Source: Saccostrea cucullata
Taxonomy: Eukaryota
Assembly (NCBI RefSeq): GCF_032062105.1
Contig: NW_026928889.1
Coordinates: 248,001-312,000 of the forward strand
Reading direction: 5' to 3'
DNA: 64,000 bases
Below, piece after piece: positions 46,909 through 62,500 of this stretch (positions are counted from its first letter, which is position 1; the number at the start of each line of letters is the position of its first letter). Below the pieces are notes generated by a model, which was given only the letters and a program-made list of their open reading frames with translations, ran no database searches and had not been told where the DNA came from. The translations under genes and the position numbers were made by a program.

Positions 46909-49900
46909 CTCATGCTGTTTACGATTGCAGTTTGAGTTAGAGATACTCATTTTTATATAATTTTCTTGAAGGAAAAGATTTTCATGACACATTTAGTCTA
47001 TTTTTTATAGGAATTTATATAATTTGACTGTATAAAATCGGTTGGTAATGGTACAGTAGTTGTATTAGTCTAAAGATGCCATATTTTGGCATAAATCGTG
47101 TGCAGATCATTTAGCAGAGCAACAGTGGTTTGTCATTACTTCAGTTCTAATGAGAAATTTTATTCCTATGTCGAATTAATTTCTTGACCAAACCAATGTT
47201 CCTTTTACGATCCGTAATTGTCGTGGTAACGAGCGTAAAAAAAAATCAATTTACTGCAATGACCACTGATTTCATTAATGTTATTGCAATGACAGATCGT
47301 GTTTGGTAAATTCGATCTGAATTCATATTCATTAATTCACGGCTAAGCTTATTCCATCACCTGTTATAAAGTATCATTGGCAGGTCTGATAGCCCTTACC
47401 ATGATTCATAAACACACATTTCATTTTATGACTTGTTGAAGGTTCCTTAAATAAAAATTGATGGATAAACGAAGGAAACTTTACGCGTTTTGACTTTCAG
47501 TTTTATTGATAAAGGGAAAACTTCTCTGTCGAGAATTGACACATGAAAATCTGTAATCCTCCCAAACTTTCGATATTTCTTCACATGTACTTGTTAGTTC
47601 TGATTGATGTGGGTCACAACTTGACATTAACCGCCATTCACGAAGAAAGGATATTGATTCTGCTGATTATATTATCGGCCATATCAGAAGTAACAACTTT
47701 AAGAGCTTTGCAGTGGTAAATTTTCTTATGACCCCCTTCTGGGTGTCTGTCTAGATTTATTTTACTTTTGAAATTGCACCAAGAAACTGCACAGTTTGAA
47801 CTGACACGAAATTGATGGCAAATATTATATCTAATGATCGGAAAAGGTAACATAGAGCAAACATTGAACTTGTGATTTGAAAACTTCATAGATACTTATA
47901 CTTGAATATGTTTGTTATTCGTTCAAATGACGGTGTTTTAGATAAAAAAAATTGTAAAAGACTATTCGAATCAAAGCTCAATGTTTTGGCTTCTGAACTG
48001 GCTGAATACTCAGTAGAATTAATTAAAAGTCTGACAACAAATTAAGAGAGCAGAAGAACAAAATGACAAGGTACGTAGCCCTTTGTTTCCACGAAGTTGA
48101 TTTAAATTAAATTCAGTTGTTACCAATGTAACTGTTTTATCTTATACGTGTAAATTATTGACTAGATGTAAAATTCTAGTTGAAATCATTCTAACCTAGG
48201 TCTTTAACAACGAAAGCAGCCTTTGCTTGGCATGGAAGAACAGTCTTGTTCCTAATCAAAATGTTGTACTATATTTAAAATGTACACCGTACGGCGGAGC
48301 ATCCTCTCACAAAAAGTAATACGAATACGATGCAAATAACATTACTTCCGTTGTGTTCAGATATTACCCACTCACCAAAAACGATTCCGTCAACTTACTT
48401 TATCCCCTCCAATTCCGTTGCGATAGGATAGTACCGGATCACGTTTCATCAAATCGGTTGAAATTATACTTTGAACGAGGCAGGTTTCAAATCATGATAT
48501 TTACGTATGGGAATGAATGGGTAAGTTTATACATTATTTAACGTTTGCTAACAATGACAATGTGTCATTATACTAGGCAAAGCGGGGATCAGAAGAAGAC
48601 TTCATGGGGATATAAAACATCGTAGCCCCATTGATTTTATCATTTTTTTCTATTCCCATGTAATTTGTTTGTTAGAATCTAACGGGAGAATCTATTAATG
48701 ATATCTACAATATCAATTTACTGGCTTATGAATGTGATAAGGAACATAATGTCTAGCTCAGAGGAGTTGATGCATTCCTATTTCAAAAGAAACAAAAAAG
48801 ACTTAGAGCAAAGGCAAGCCCAATGCCGACTTGATTAAAGCTTGCTAGTGCATCGGTCAAAGTATTTTCATTATAATTATTATTTTTTTATTTTTTTTTA
48901 TTTTTTTTTTTTTGCAAAAGTCGGTTAAGACTAAATATTCCATTTTCTAGTCGTTTTAGAAACAAACTGATATAAAATCATAAATATAAGGGCAAGGAAA
49001 GGTTTTTGGCAAGACTGGATTTCGAACATGCTCCAGTAGACATCAGTATCACGGGTTATGACGCAAGCGTTCTACCACTGAGCTTTTTCGGGCTCATGTA
49101 CCAAATATCTCGGTTAATTTAGAACATAAAAAATAGAACAGGCCTTCTCGAATCAGTGAGAAAAATTTTCTACTTGTAATTAAACATATTTTATGACAAA
49201 CATATGCTTTTAATAAATAATTACTCAGTATATAAACTTCCGGTGAAACTCGAACCCTCCACCCGCCATTTTTCCATCAGGTCATCTCTCTAGTGAGTTG
49301 TTTAAAGAGGACCCCAGATACACTTGTCAACTGATTTTATTACATTCACACGTTGTAATATGAACCCAGCTTAAACAATGAGAATTAAGTGATTCGTGTA
49401 CGGCCAGCAAATGTGTTCATTATGTCTATGTCGCAGAACAGTTCACAGGAAGTTCATGCAATGTTTTATCGCACCCGAGCAGAATTCCATTATGTTTGTT
49501 CCGTTTCCAAGGTGAATATAGCTTTTTATTGTCTTAAAAGCAATTGTTTAAAAGTATCTGTTTAATTTGGGATACATAGACAAGATTTTCGTAAATAAAT
49601 GAAAGGATTTACCAGTGCTTCTTAAAAATTTAAAATTGACATTTGTAACAAGTAATTTGTAAAGGTTCCTTATAAATATTACAACATGAGAACGATTTTT
49701 TAGAACCTGCAGGGTGTATTTCTTACCATTCAAATATATGTTGATCGATTGTTGAAAATTGTAAATTCTTACCAAGTACCTAAACATGTACAGACGTTAA
49801 ATTTGTGTTGATTATAGAAACAACAGCTACTTTCAGGAAGTATTATTCGCCCACTTGTGACAAGGGCGAAAGGGGCGAAAATTTCCCTGTAACAGTAGTT

Positions 49901-52900
49901 CCTTGATTATTCTCTTTTTTCTAATAACCAACATTCTATATGATAAAAGAAACTTGCTTTATTTACAAAAATGAAAAATTTCAACGCAACAATGTATTTC
50001 TGTTATCAAATCAGAATCATTGTCTAGCTTTACTGATATTAGTGTTATATTACGCATGACACAAGCCATCTTCCTTGTGTGCAAAACTCTATTGTTAAAA
50101 AAGGAACTTTTTAGTTGAAATTATATTTAGAAAAAATATATGGTATACTTGTATACTTGGATCGAATTCTTTTTCCTTGTTAAACCGAAATTTTCATCTA
50201 CAGGCAGAGTAGGAAAGAAGTTATACTTTATACTGCGATTACATACGACATTTTGAAATCTTTGAGATATGGTCATTGAAATTGGGGATTTCTTTTGTTT
50301 TTATTTTATTTATTTATTATATTTTTAGCATCAGATCATTAAAATTGGACTTTAATATTGATTGACTTTTTTTTCTCAACTTGAATTATCAAATAGTTTT
50401 AAAATTGTTTGTCTTTCAATATCTGCAGATATCGTGAATACAGTACCAAGCAAATAGGGGCATTTTGGCCTAGAAGTACCACGATAACTTTACCACAGTG
50501 CGTTACAGCAATTAAAAAAAAGATAAGAAACGTGTATTCTCAAATATCACGATTTCTTAATTTTGACACAATATTTGAGAAAAATTGTGAAAAAGACTTT
50601 TTTCGAGATTACGCGCCAAAGAGATCGGGTACGGAGATACATCAATCTGAGGCTAATATACAATCTTCTTGAGGTATCATGCCTGTTTCGGAGTAGCTTA
50701 TAGATGTCATTATCCTTGTTTTCATTTAAAATAATTTGAATGTCTGGCAAACAAGAAGGAATGTATGTACGGAGGATAAGCATGACAGCTCTTAGATAAG
50801 CAACGAAACATTTTATTTTAAGATTATTTTATTCTCTATCTTGCTTGAATTGTTGGTGGTATCTCAATGCAGGCATGTCAGGCAAAACATACATATGTTA
50901 AAATAATACAAATACAGGTGTCATTTACCAAATTTAAAAAAAAAATCCATTTGTTTATCAAAAAATTATCATGATAATATTTGGAATCTATTTTCGTCTA
51001 CGTTGAGTCAAGAATCTCTGCAATTTGTATGTCATTGCAAAGTCACGTTAAATATACAGAGTACGTAATGTAATGATGTTACATTGTCACATAACTGCAC
51101 AGCGGAGGTCATTACTGGGCTGATGTAATAAAGCAAATTTCACTGTAAATTCCTCACGTATAGTACACCAATTACATACATCAAAAATCTCTGTAATTTT
51201 CTAAAGACTTAACGAAATCTAACGACTAGTAACCGTTCGCCATACAACAATTTGTCTTAGAATCACATTTACTTTAATAAGCTTTCTCGTCTCTCATCCT
51301 TCTTTCATTTCTCATTCCCAAATCTCATTTGTCCTCATCCTTGTAAATGTGGATCGTGTACGTCCGATTGATTAAGCCTCGACTCAGGATACAGAACAGA
51401 ATCTTCTGGCTGTAATTACCCTGCTGTAGAGCTTTGACTCCAATAGTAACTCCGTGGTATGAAAGTTTGAGATGACCATCAAATGGTATACTCGTGTCAC
51501 TGCGGAAAGGGATTTTTTTTGCTTTGTACATATGCATCAATAGAATATTATAGAGTTCACAAAGAATGTTATGTAGGAGAATAATTTCACGAGATAACAG
51601 CAAGTGCATGTTGTACTATAATAAAAGCATTATAAAAGTATTCACGTTGAAGAAAAAGAAAATGTTATGAAAAATAGGACAAAATGTTTTATAAAGCAAG
51701 GTACATAAAAATTATATTTTTGTTTTTCTAATCATCTTTTAGACAGAAGAGCTCAGGATGAATTTCGTGTTTCTTCTGACGTAGACAGTATTGAATTCTG
51801 TGTACGGAATCACGTATCGGCTTTAAGCGTGATAAAGAGAATGTAAAGCCGTGCCACATTGTGTTGCAGTAGAATAGCATTTTATGATTAAAAGTCCTAA
51901 AAATCGATCTACAGACCTATTTAACTTTTTCATACATGTAGACGTAATTTTACGACTGTGATTTTCTTTGATTTTTAACTACTTGTACATTATATGGTTA
52001 AAAAAAATGCAACAAGTGTTCGAATTAAAAGGCGAGATTTTCAGGCATTTGTTCAATTTCTTTGCACTGAATCAAAAATTTATTCACTAATGGAATTCTA
52101 ATAACGTAGAAATGATCTTATTTCAGACGAAATACATTTTAACACATAGAAAACAAGATGAGAAGCGTGGGAGAGCTGAAAAAGAATTGTGGTCATTATG
52201 TTATGCAAGAAAAAGAGATAAAGGAACGTAACTATCACTTGTACGGGTGTCTTACTTAAAAATTATTCTTCATTTCCCCCATTGCACGTCGTTATACCAC
52301 CTCTTAAGTGAAGAAACCCCCTATTTGGTGTTTTAACATCTTCCCCCAAAATGGGTGATATCATTAGGCCTGTAATATTATGATCATCACACTATTACGA
52401 GTCCCTCAGAGGAAGAAGGAGGTGATAAAACATGCATTTTATATCATTAAAACAGAATATTTCGTCTTAGAATAAAAGCTCCATTATATTTTATGGCTAA
52501 GATATTTTTTAAAATTATTTCCCCTCTGGTTTTCCGTAAGTTAGCAATCGTCGATACAGCTAAAATATTATGACTGAAACTTACAGTTATCTGTGCCAAC
52601 TATAACATTTTTCATTAACGATGATGAAAGCTTTTTTTCATTAACATTATGTTTAGCATCAGAAATTGCATATTTTAGTATATAGATATCAAATTTTATT
52701 TTCAAACATCATTTCTCCGTCCCATGTTCAAGAAATGAGAGGTTTTTCAGTCAAAAAGTATCCCACCAATAGTTATTCGTATTTCTTGATACTTTAAGCA
52801 GGCAATGATTAATGTTCTGATGCTGTTTTGAAAATTTTTCATTATCATTGGCGTTTAAGAATTAACCTTAACGTTTAGCAAAACAAGACTTCCATTTGCA

Positions 52901-55576
52901 AAAACATATCTCAAAGAGACGTGGATTTATATTTCAAATTTTGAAAGGGTTTTCAACATCAGAATTTGTACATAAAACAAATTGGAAGCATTTTAAATGC
53001 TTGGTTCTGTATCAAAGCTTGAAAAAATTATCATGCTTTCTTTAGCTTATTCCTCTATCACAGACAAAAACAACATTCAACCTACTACTAGTATATAATT
53101 GTCGAGACTCGCAATAAAACAGGTGTTATTTGTGGCAAGTCTTAAATGTATATCTATTACTGAGTATCAGTTAGATATTCATGCTTTTAACAAATAAACC
53201 ATTCATACATATACTCAGCAAAATTAGTCATATACGAAACCATGTAACTTTGTCAAAATTTTATCAAAGATGGCTGACATGTTGGAAGTGCTGCAAAGCA
53301 CACATTTGTGTTTTTACTTGTTTCACATTAATGTCTGCCTCCAAATGACAAACGTAACTGATAAAGGCTTCTAAGCTCTATTGTTTGACGAAATAATCCA
53401 GCACAGAACCTTTTTTAAAAAAAACGAGAATAACTCGATAAAAACTGCTCACTTTCTGATCCTTATCAACATCACATGCTGGGTCCACATCCGTCATGAA
53501 ATACGAGACCCTAACGTAAGAAAAACCTCCTTTATGATTATGCATCATTCTACAATCTCGGAAAATCTCTGCCTTTATTCATTTCATCTGTATAATGAGC
53601 TATGACACGACGTTGATCGCTGAGTCTCTCACTATTTTGCCCTACCGCGTTTTAAGAAAAATACAAATCCGGGTTTGTTTTTCCAATTTTCCGGTATTGA
53701 CTGTGTGGCTCCAATTATATCCGCATGATTTGTTTTCTAATGTTTTTCTAGACAAGTACATACTCTACTAATTGCTGAAAATCGTTCCTTTAATCCTTCA
53801 TTGACAGCATAAGGAGAACATGTAGGCTTTACGACTATTTAAATCAAACTTTGACTCTATGATAACTTTTTAAATCCATTTTCACTTTGATTCTTGTGGT
53901 AATTGGTGTTCGAACACCACTGGGTCTAGTACGAACGGTTCAATGCTTCCAATAGTAAGATTTTCTTTTGACGGCGCTGGTCTTAGATTTCATACATAAA
54001 GGAAAACTCAACTGTTTTATAAATTGCTGTAATACCTAGTCTTTGAAAAACACATCAAGATAATATTGGTGGACGTGTTCGGGATTTTTCAAAATAAAAT
54101 TTAATAAAAAGCAACTTTTCTTACGTATAATATTAGGAATAGATAATGATTTCTTTATAAACAGCTTTGGGATGTTGAAGTGGTGTTCACCATATTTGTT
54201 TATTCTGACGTCCAATATAGGAATCTTTATACTATATTAGCCAGATTAAGCTAGTTGATTTGATTGAGAAGGAATAAATAAACTAATAAAAATATAATAA
54301 ACTCATACAATGCTTTTAAATTTTATAGAAAATTTTATTTATTTACTTTGGTCTGAAGAGGACTTAATTCAGTTATTTGCACAATTCAAAATAAATAATA
54401 AAAAAAAATATCTTACTTCTTTAAGCTGATGTTGCTTGTTGAATTTTGATAATAAAAAAAGCCTACCAGGTATGTTTTAAAATAAGAGCTTTTTAATAAA
54501 TTTGAGTAACTGAAGTTATTCATATGATGAAAAAAAAATTAGCTTGACATTTCTGAAAGCCCGGACCTACCTTAAAATCAAGTTTGAACCGAGACACTCC
54601 CTGAAATCCAAGATAGCAATTGTTAATATACCTTCAATTTTTTTTTAAATACAGTAAAACAATGTTTGCAAAAGTGCTTATTTTAGCGATTATTTAAAAT
54701 TTTTATTTAAATGGGTACATGTTACTATTGTATATTCGGATATACGAAGAAACACATAATACATAACATACAGCATCATGAAACCAAGAGTCTGTGATTT
54801 GAAACAGAGCAGTCTGCATGTTTCTTTGATTATTGCTTCAGAATCTACAGAAACTGCCCTCCACATAAAGTGGGTGTGTTGAAACTTGGTTTTCATTTTG
54901 TTACATAATCTCTTTATTTTTATGTGCACAGTTACACATCAACTATCTATGTTTACGTTTATATCTTGCAGTAAGAATGCATTTGAATTAATCTTATTAT
55001 AAGATAGCATATAACCCCACTCCTCTCTCGGTGACCCGAACCTAAATTATATCGTTTTCCCTTGAGTTAGCTTTTGTGCGAGATAATCGCTCTAACAAAC
55101 TGAATCTGCAAATATTAACAGAAAGATTATCACCAGATTTAACAAAAAACGGTGACCCATGTCTTGATTATCCATGGAAAATTAGAAACGTCCATTAAAC
55201 CTTTCAGAAAGACTTCAGTTTTGCCCTGACTTCTAATCCGAGACCAAACAAAAGAGGACAGGGGTTTGCACTTCATTGGATTTTTTTTTTCAACACCAGC
55301 ATTAAAATCCCATTACGTGATGTGACAAAACCGAGGGGAAAGTCAACACGTTGACATAGTGAATATTTGAATAGTGTCGAATTAATCATGTGTCACGTGA
55401 CTGAGCCACACGTACCACGCAGACGCAGCGCGGTGTCACGAGTATTTGGTACCCCGTATATTTGATAGCTTAAAAGAAATCGTGCTTAAGCGTTTGAAAA
55501 TGCTCTTAAATTTCAGACAAGTGGTGCGTGTATTCATCGGGACATTTTGAGTGCGGTTTAATGATTTTGTTAACTA

Positions 55577-56569
55577 TACTGAAAGGAAAAAGAAACGCAG
55601 GGTAAACTTTTGAGGTGAATTAAATTTTTTTTTCTCAAAATTCTTTTTAGTTTTCCTATCTACCTTTTAAAATCATCTTTCAAAAAGATATAACCAAATT
55701 CTCATATGATTTTGTCTAATTATTCATGAGTTATTGAAGCTCAAATGACGATACCCCCTAAAAGTGAGAATCGAAAACTCCCATTATCTTTAATGTCTAT
55801 CTCGCGCATTTGTCAGAGTCTTATTTCTCCTTTGCATGAAATTTCATCAGAGTGTTTATCTTTTAAACCCTGGCTATATTTAGCATGGGTAACCACGCAA
55901 AAAATTAAGTCCAACGGCGTGCGTATGCGCCAGTGAGAGGAATACAACTGTGAGTTGACTGGCTCAAAAAACCAAATTGCGGAATTGTTTTCTTTCAAAT
56001 TTCGTATGAATTTAATGATTATAATCATCTACTCTATAAATGGCTGTTTTTGTGGTAGTAAGGTGGCGATTTAAGAGATGGCAGAACGAATAACCCACTC
56101 GCAACATGGCTCTGTTTCGCGTAAACGTCATCGTCACGGTTGACTGAAAACCACTCCAGACCCTCTCTTAACAATTTTTAGCAAGAAACTGCCTAGTTAA
56201 CCATTGTTGCCTTTTTCATTAATTAGGCAATTCGAAAACAAGACCCCATTGAACTTCCGTAAACTGTGCCAAGATTGCAATCAATTCACAATGTCTCTTA
56301 ATACTGAAAAACGATGTGCATACCTCTTATGCATCAAATAATGCAACAAGATTTGTTGACAAACTCGTCGTTATCAAATTGCACGTGTTTTGGGCTTTTT
56401 AGCGTTTTCCCTACATGACGTCATAAATTTTACGGTTGAGTAATTCTGAATACTGATTGTGATGCACAGTAACTAAATTGCCCTTCTGACCAATTTTCGT
56501 AATTTTCGGTCATGTGGTCAAATTTTTATCGAAAATTATGCTACCCTGCGTTTCTTTTTCCTTTCAGTA
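55577..56569. mobile_element. Tc1/mariner-like non-autonomous element, ~1 kb
   Basis: Perfect TIR TACTGAAAGGAAAAAGAAACGCAGGGTA / TACCCTGCGTTTCTTTTTCCTTTCAGTA, flanked by TA. Confidence 0.85.
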
Positions 56570-59500
56570 TAGCTGTAATGTAAATATAGACATATTTTAA
56601 TGAAAGATGCTTTACCTCAATAAAATGAAATGGGGGACTTCAAAGATGCGTTTCGTTTAAATTGATGAGAGTCGTCTTTTTATTTCAATATTTAGCAAAA
56701 CTTAAGAACTTAACACTCTGTTCATATAGATCCTTTTAAAAGCAATAAAGTTGTTCATTTGATAATTTATTTGCTCAATGCTCCTTTAATTGGGATTTCT
56801 TGGACAAAGTGATATAGTTCGCAACTGAATGATTACTTTAGCAGAGAGAAATTTCTTGGATACGGTGTATTTGTCTTTGCCAGAGTTATGGCAATGGTCC
56901 CAACAACAAAACTCAAAATAAAATTTCAGATTTCACGATTAAACTGATAATTAAGTTAATTTGACCATAAATATTTTCATACCAAAACAACATGTGTGCA
57001 TTGCAGCACGAGCTGAAAACAGTTTTCAGATTTAAACAGACATGAGCAACAAAACAGTGCAGCAAGTACTATCCATTTGAGGTCATTCTAGACCTCGATA
57101 ATTATACTTTTTCTCTTCTATTTTTTGTCCTGAAACTTCGACGGACGTCAAATTAATTGTGATTTATGTTGGGAAAGACTGTTTAACACACTAGGTAAAC
57201 TGTAATAACATTTATAACATTACAGTTTGGTTCTTGGTTAAAGCGCTTTTCGCAAAATTCGCAATTATTTAGGGGATGCTTACTCGTCCTAGGCACCCAA
57301 TCCTACCTCTCGAATTGCCATAGAACCGTGTTTTATGCGCCCTGTTTACATACTGAGTATTTTTATTCTTTGTTTATATCTGTTTTGTGATTTGACTTGT
57401 ATTAAAAATGTATGAAGACAAAGGGTGATTAAAGATTTAATTTGAGATCGAAAATTATTTTGTTTACTTCCAAGTTGTATAAGAAACCACTATTTTACAA
57501 TGTTTTCGAAGTGACCATATTTGTCATACACAGATTATAAAAAATGTACAGGAGTTAGCTATATAATTTTGTACCAATATGACCAAATATGACTCATTTT
57601 AATTCCTCAAGTTACTAGCATTATTTTTTCCCTAATAGCTTTTCCTTTAAATATTAACACCCAGCCATCCATTGTTAAATATAAGAAATATAATCCGTAT
57701 AATCACGAGATTAATTTATTAAAGTTTCGTAATATAAGACTTCCACATTATGTTGGGAGGGACATTCATGTGGGTTATCTGACACCCCCTGCTCCCGAGT
57801 GCAACAAACGAGTCGAAAAATAATATGTTTATTAATAATACATGTACATCCTCTATAAATTCCCCATGGAATTAGACCACAATATGTGCACTAATGATTC
57901 TTAAAATTATACGGTTAATCTCTTCAAAAGAATTTACACAATCAAGTCGGTGCACTTTCAAAGTACAATCACGGATTACTATTAGATGAGTAAGTACAAG
58001 TATAAACAAAAACATTAACTCACAAACTTTAACAAATCATAAACATTATACCACAACAAACGTTAATGTAGCTAAAAATAAATCAATATTTCATAATACA
58101 CCACTAATATTTCTCTAAATTTAAACAAATAACACCCTGTTATTCTGAAACGGTCTTTTAGGCATAGACCTGTAAATCTTTACTCGTATCATGAAAATCT
58201 ACATTAATCCTGAACACTTTTTTTTTTACTTTTTTTGTCTAACAGTTTTCTTGTACAAGAGACGGAAGTTTTAAGAGGTAAATTAGGTTCGACTTTAAGC
58301 CTGATTAGACACTTGTTCCATCATTAAATAAAGTCCTACATGTACCCCCCTTATAACGCTGTGTACACACATGTATTAACTTTCTTTGAATAAGCAGCCT
58401 TTTTTCCCAGTTACCTTAATTAACACCAATAAAAGCTTTGGACAATATAAATTTATCTTGTCTTGTTTATGTATTTTTAGGTAAAGCAAAGAATTCTTTA
58501 TTTATTTAAAGATGTATTCTTTTACATTCTACAGGCCAAAAAGTACGAATATTTGCATGAATAACACTATATGTGTACCTATGTGCCATCTTCATTCTTT
58601 GAGCGAATGAAAAAAACTTTGAAATTATGCTTTTGATATACAAAATCTTCAAGAGAGGAAAAGTTTAAAGGTCTTCTAAAATGTAATCTCTACTTTGATG
58701 ATTCAACTTTTCATTACAACTAGTATACAAATTAGTGTTTTTGCATATATATGTGTTGTTTCTTTTTTATCATTAAATGTATAAAGAAAAAAAATTAAAT
58801 AAATATCAATTCATGTATTGGCAACCTCAGTACATGTAATAACTACTTTTAAATGATCATTACCCAATCCTTTTTTAACTTCCTTCAAGTTGGCAAATTT
58901 GTAACTCCAGCTTGTGGCTAAAATTTAAAACTCTCTGTGATTCATAATGTAATATATGAACAAGGTGTATATATTTATACATGTAGGTAAAGTTATTACC
59001 AACAACTGGTTTTCATATTCTTACAGGAGTAAACAATTCTTAATGAAATCTTGATGAAAATGATGAGAACTGAATCTAAGTAATGCAGACCCATTAAAAA
59101 AGTTCGTGATGTTATGTTAAATGCAAACAAACAAATTTTTCATAAGTATACCTTGGCCATCTTGCAGATCATTTCTCAGGGCGACATGTTTTCAATTTGA
59201 GGACTGATGTTTTATCAAAACTTTGCGATTCTGACAAAGCTATAGAACATACAAAAGATTCTCAAGAAATATATACACGGGTCCGTATTATGTAATCTGT
59301 TTTACCGCTGTTTTCTTCTCGGAAAAGCTGGCATGATGATCAAAAACCTGTTTAAAAACATAATGAATACAGTAACTTTGCACTACATGCATTAGACAAA
59401 CAAGCCAGGGGCGGTGATCTTATCTGAGAGCTTTTATAGGTAAAACAAAAGGGTCGTAATGAAATTATCTTTCAGCACGAATAGGTAGTTAGTTTTTTTT

Positions 59501-62500
59501 CTCGGAGTTTGACACCCATGCAGACTTTTATCATGCTCCTGTGTCAATACAAATACTAATTGAGATTGTGAGTCACAAGACGTTTGCTTTTTGGTGGTTA
59601 CGTAATGGTTAGCATCCTTGTTGACTTTTTAGGGTGTGGAAGAGGATGGTGGCGGTGCGCGTTGGCGGTACCCGGTGGTGGCGGTGGTGATTGTTTTCTG
59701 TAGCATACTGGTCATGTTGCAAGTTTTGCACACTTTAAAAGAATACTAGCTTTTTCTGCTACGTTAATATAAACCTTTTCAGTCCCCAAAACCCCAGGTT
59801 CTTGAATTTTCGCGCAAAACAAAGGGGGTTAAAATGACATTGTACTTAGGAAAGAAATACAAATATGCAGTTATAACCTTCAACTTTCTAGGATCTGATT
59901 GGTTCGTTGCTAAAAGTAGACCTTTTAAAATTTATACTAAAAACGACTACTACCAATAATATCTTGGATGCCAGATATAATTGCTTAAAACTGCTCTAAG
60001 GAAATTAATATATCTTTCGAAGTTCTTTAAAAAATTTCATCAAAAGCAACAGGAGTCCATAATGTGCTGGAAACGAAATTGATAAATTGAGTTATATTTG
60101 GTCAGTATAGGAAATTCAACGTTTTAATCGAATATTGATTATTCAGATAATATAAGGAAGTTTCCATATTTTCTAAGCAGATATCGAGTTAAAGGATAAG
60201 TTAAGAGCTCTCAGTTTTGTTAAGTGGTCTTCACATCACGATATAAACTGTAAATACGTCTACAATATCATTTTCACTGGTCAAATTAAAATTGTGATAT
60301 CTGAGTTTGCAAAAATGGTCCCTTTAACCCCCCCCCCATACCTATCGAGAGGAAGCCCCTTGTCTACCCATACTTTGCACCTCAGATTAAAATCTAGCCT
60401 ACACATAAGCAGAAGGTAATATATGCCACTGGTCACTTATGTTTAAAAAAAGCACATCACTTGATGATAAAAATACTTCACATAATGATGAATGCAAATC
60501 ATAAATTTAATTTTGCCATGATAAGACAGTCCAGGCCTTCCATGGCCGAATGAGGCCCAGGTGTCACTATGATAAAGAACAAAATGAGACCGAGTTTGAA
60601 GAACCAGTTATCCTTGGGCTGGCTATAAAGAGAGAACAAGAAAGCTTTCCGGAATCTAAACGAACTTACTGCTTTAACTCTGCCGATAGTATGTATTCTA
60701 AAAGCTTTTTTATTGCTGTTATCCTCCATAATTACCCGTCATGCAATCCAGCGACCACTGTCACGACATACAGTTCTTTTCATGCATAAAAAATGGGATG
60801 CAAAAAATGGCAAAACGAATAAATTGAAAATTATTTTATAGATCCATTTCCTATTGTAAATTAATATGCATGGACAATATGATAGCTTCTGGTTCCCACA
60901 ATAATTTGGACGAGAATCTAACGAGAAGACTAATGGTTTGATATTAGGGGATTTGTCGACATGTTAACTCTGTGGTCACAACGTATTAGGAACAGTGTCT
61001 CCAGAAATTGGCCGGGAAGATTAAAGACTCCCTTATGTAAAGTTGATGAAGAATTTATAAATCACAGTTCGGCATGGCAACGTTTTCCCGCGTTTTAGGA
61101 TATGTAACGTCTGCTATTGTCGATAGCCCTTTTGACAGACTGATATTCTTCATTTATTCCTGGAGAATTAATGACACGTCCTAATGGAAAGAAATGTGGA
61201 GACTGCAAGGATTTGATCTTATCTTTATGCCGGTTTCATCAGCAGAAAATGGGCGAGATTTATAATAGCATTGGTTCTTATATTCAAATGATTTTCGTTT
61301 GTCCAACCAAGATGACCCCAGGTTTTTTTTATCTGTAGAGAAACTGAATGAATTCATCTTTTGTTTTATCTTTTTATTTTCTTTATTTCCATTGAATTTT
61401 TTAAAGCTATGAAACATGATACATTATGGCAATCAAAACGAAACGTAGGGAGAAAATCTCTCAGGATGCAACTGATACAGATTGACAAATTAATGACGGG
61501 TCCCTTGACAAACAAACGAAAAAACGTTGGAGCGTTTGTTTTGTGTGACAAGACATTATCCATTATCAGTGCACGCCAGTGAAATGAAATCTTCAATACC
61601 ACAGCAACATGTAGTTTTCAATTGATCGATTAATAATCTTCGATGAAATACCACGACCTGTTCTATTATCAGAAAGAAGGGGGTATACATTTTGATGAGA
61701 CTATCTCACTGCTAAGGACTTCAAAAAAGGTCGTTTTTTGTCGAATAGGAATCGGTGCTTTAACTGAGGTTCTGTACACTAAGTAATGGCTAATTCAATA
61801 AAAACTGCTCTGCGACACAGTTATGCAATTTTCACTTCAATTTTAATCTGAAGGGGACGTCGGCTTATCTTTTCCGAAAAAACTGATCTTAAATAAAAAG
61901 GTGTGTGGAAGTCCCATAAAACACCATTGGCCTATCAATGATGACACAAGGACGATGTTCGACAAACAAGGGGATTTAGCGTCGAGATGCCTCAGTCAAT
62001 GTGGCTTGGTGTAAAATGCGGAGGATGGAGTCTCCACAAAACTCCAAAATGGAGGGTCAGAGAGTGCAAGGGGTGGAGCCTCTTGTGTTAGATGATGCAG
62101 GAGGTGGAGCATAGTGTTGTAAATTTAGCACGTGCTTATTAGATCTGTCATCTCATTTTCTGATACTCCGTGAGAATGTGTTAGAGTGTTACATCACCCA
62201 AACAATTAAAAAAAATAATTTCATTGAAGCTGAGTGAATGAAACTCAGTTATATCTCGATCCAACCTGATTTTGTGATGACCATTTGACAGTATCTGATG
62301 ACATTTGTTTATAAAGTCCATAAAATACTATATGAGAAACAAAGAAACAGCAACAGTAATAAAAAATAATAAACACCACATTTCAACGAGGGGAACAGCT
62401 TTGCTGATTATTTAATTTTTAACGATAACAGAGACTGACTGAAACAGAATAGCATCAAAATTATTATCTTTTGGTGATATTATATACAGATATATATAAA

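Noticed and set aside
47638-48541. Short ORFs and donor-like sites around 47.6-48.5 kb
   Set aside because: No consistent reading frame or recognisable protein motif.
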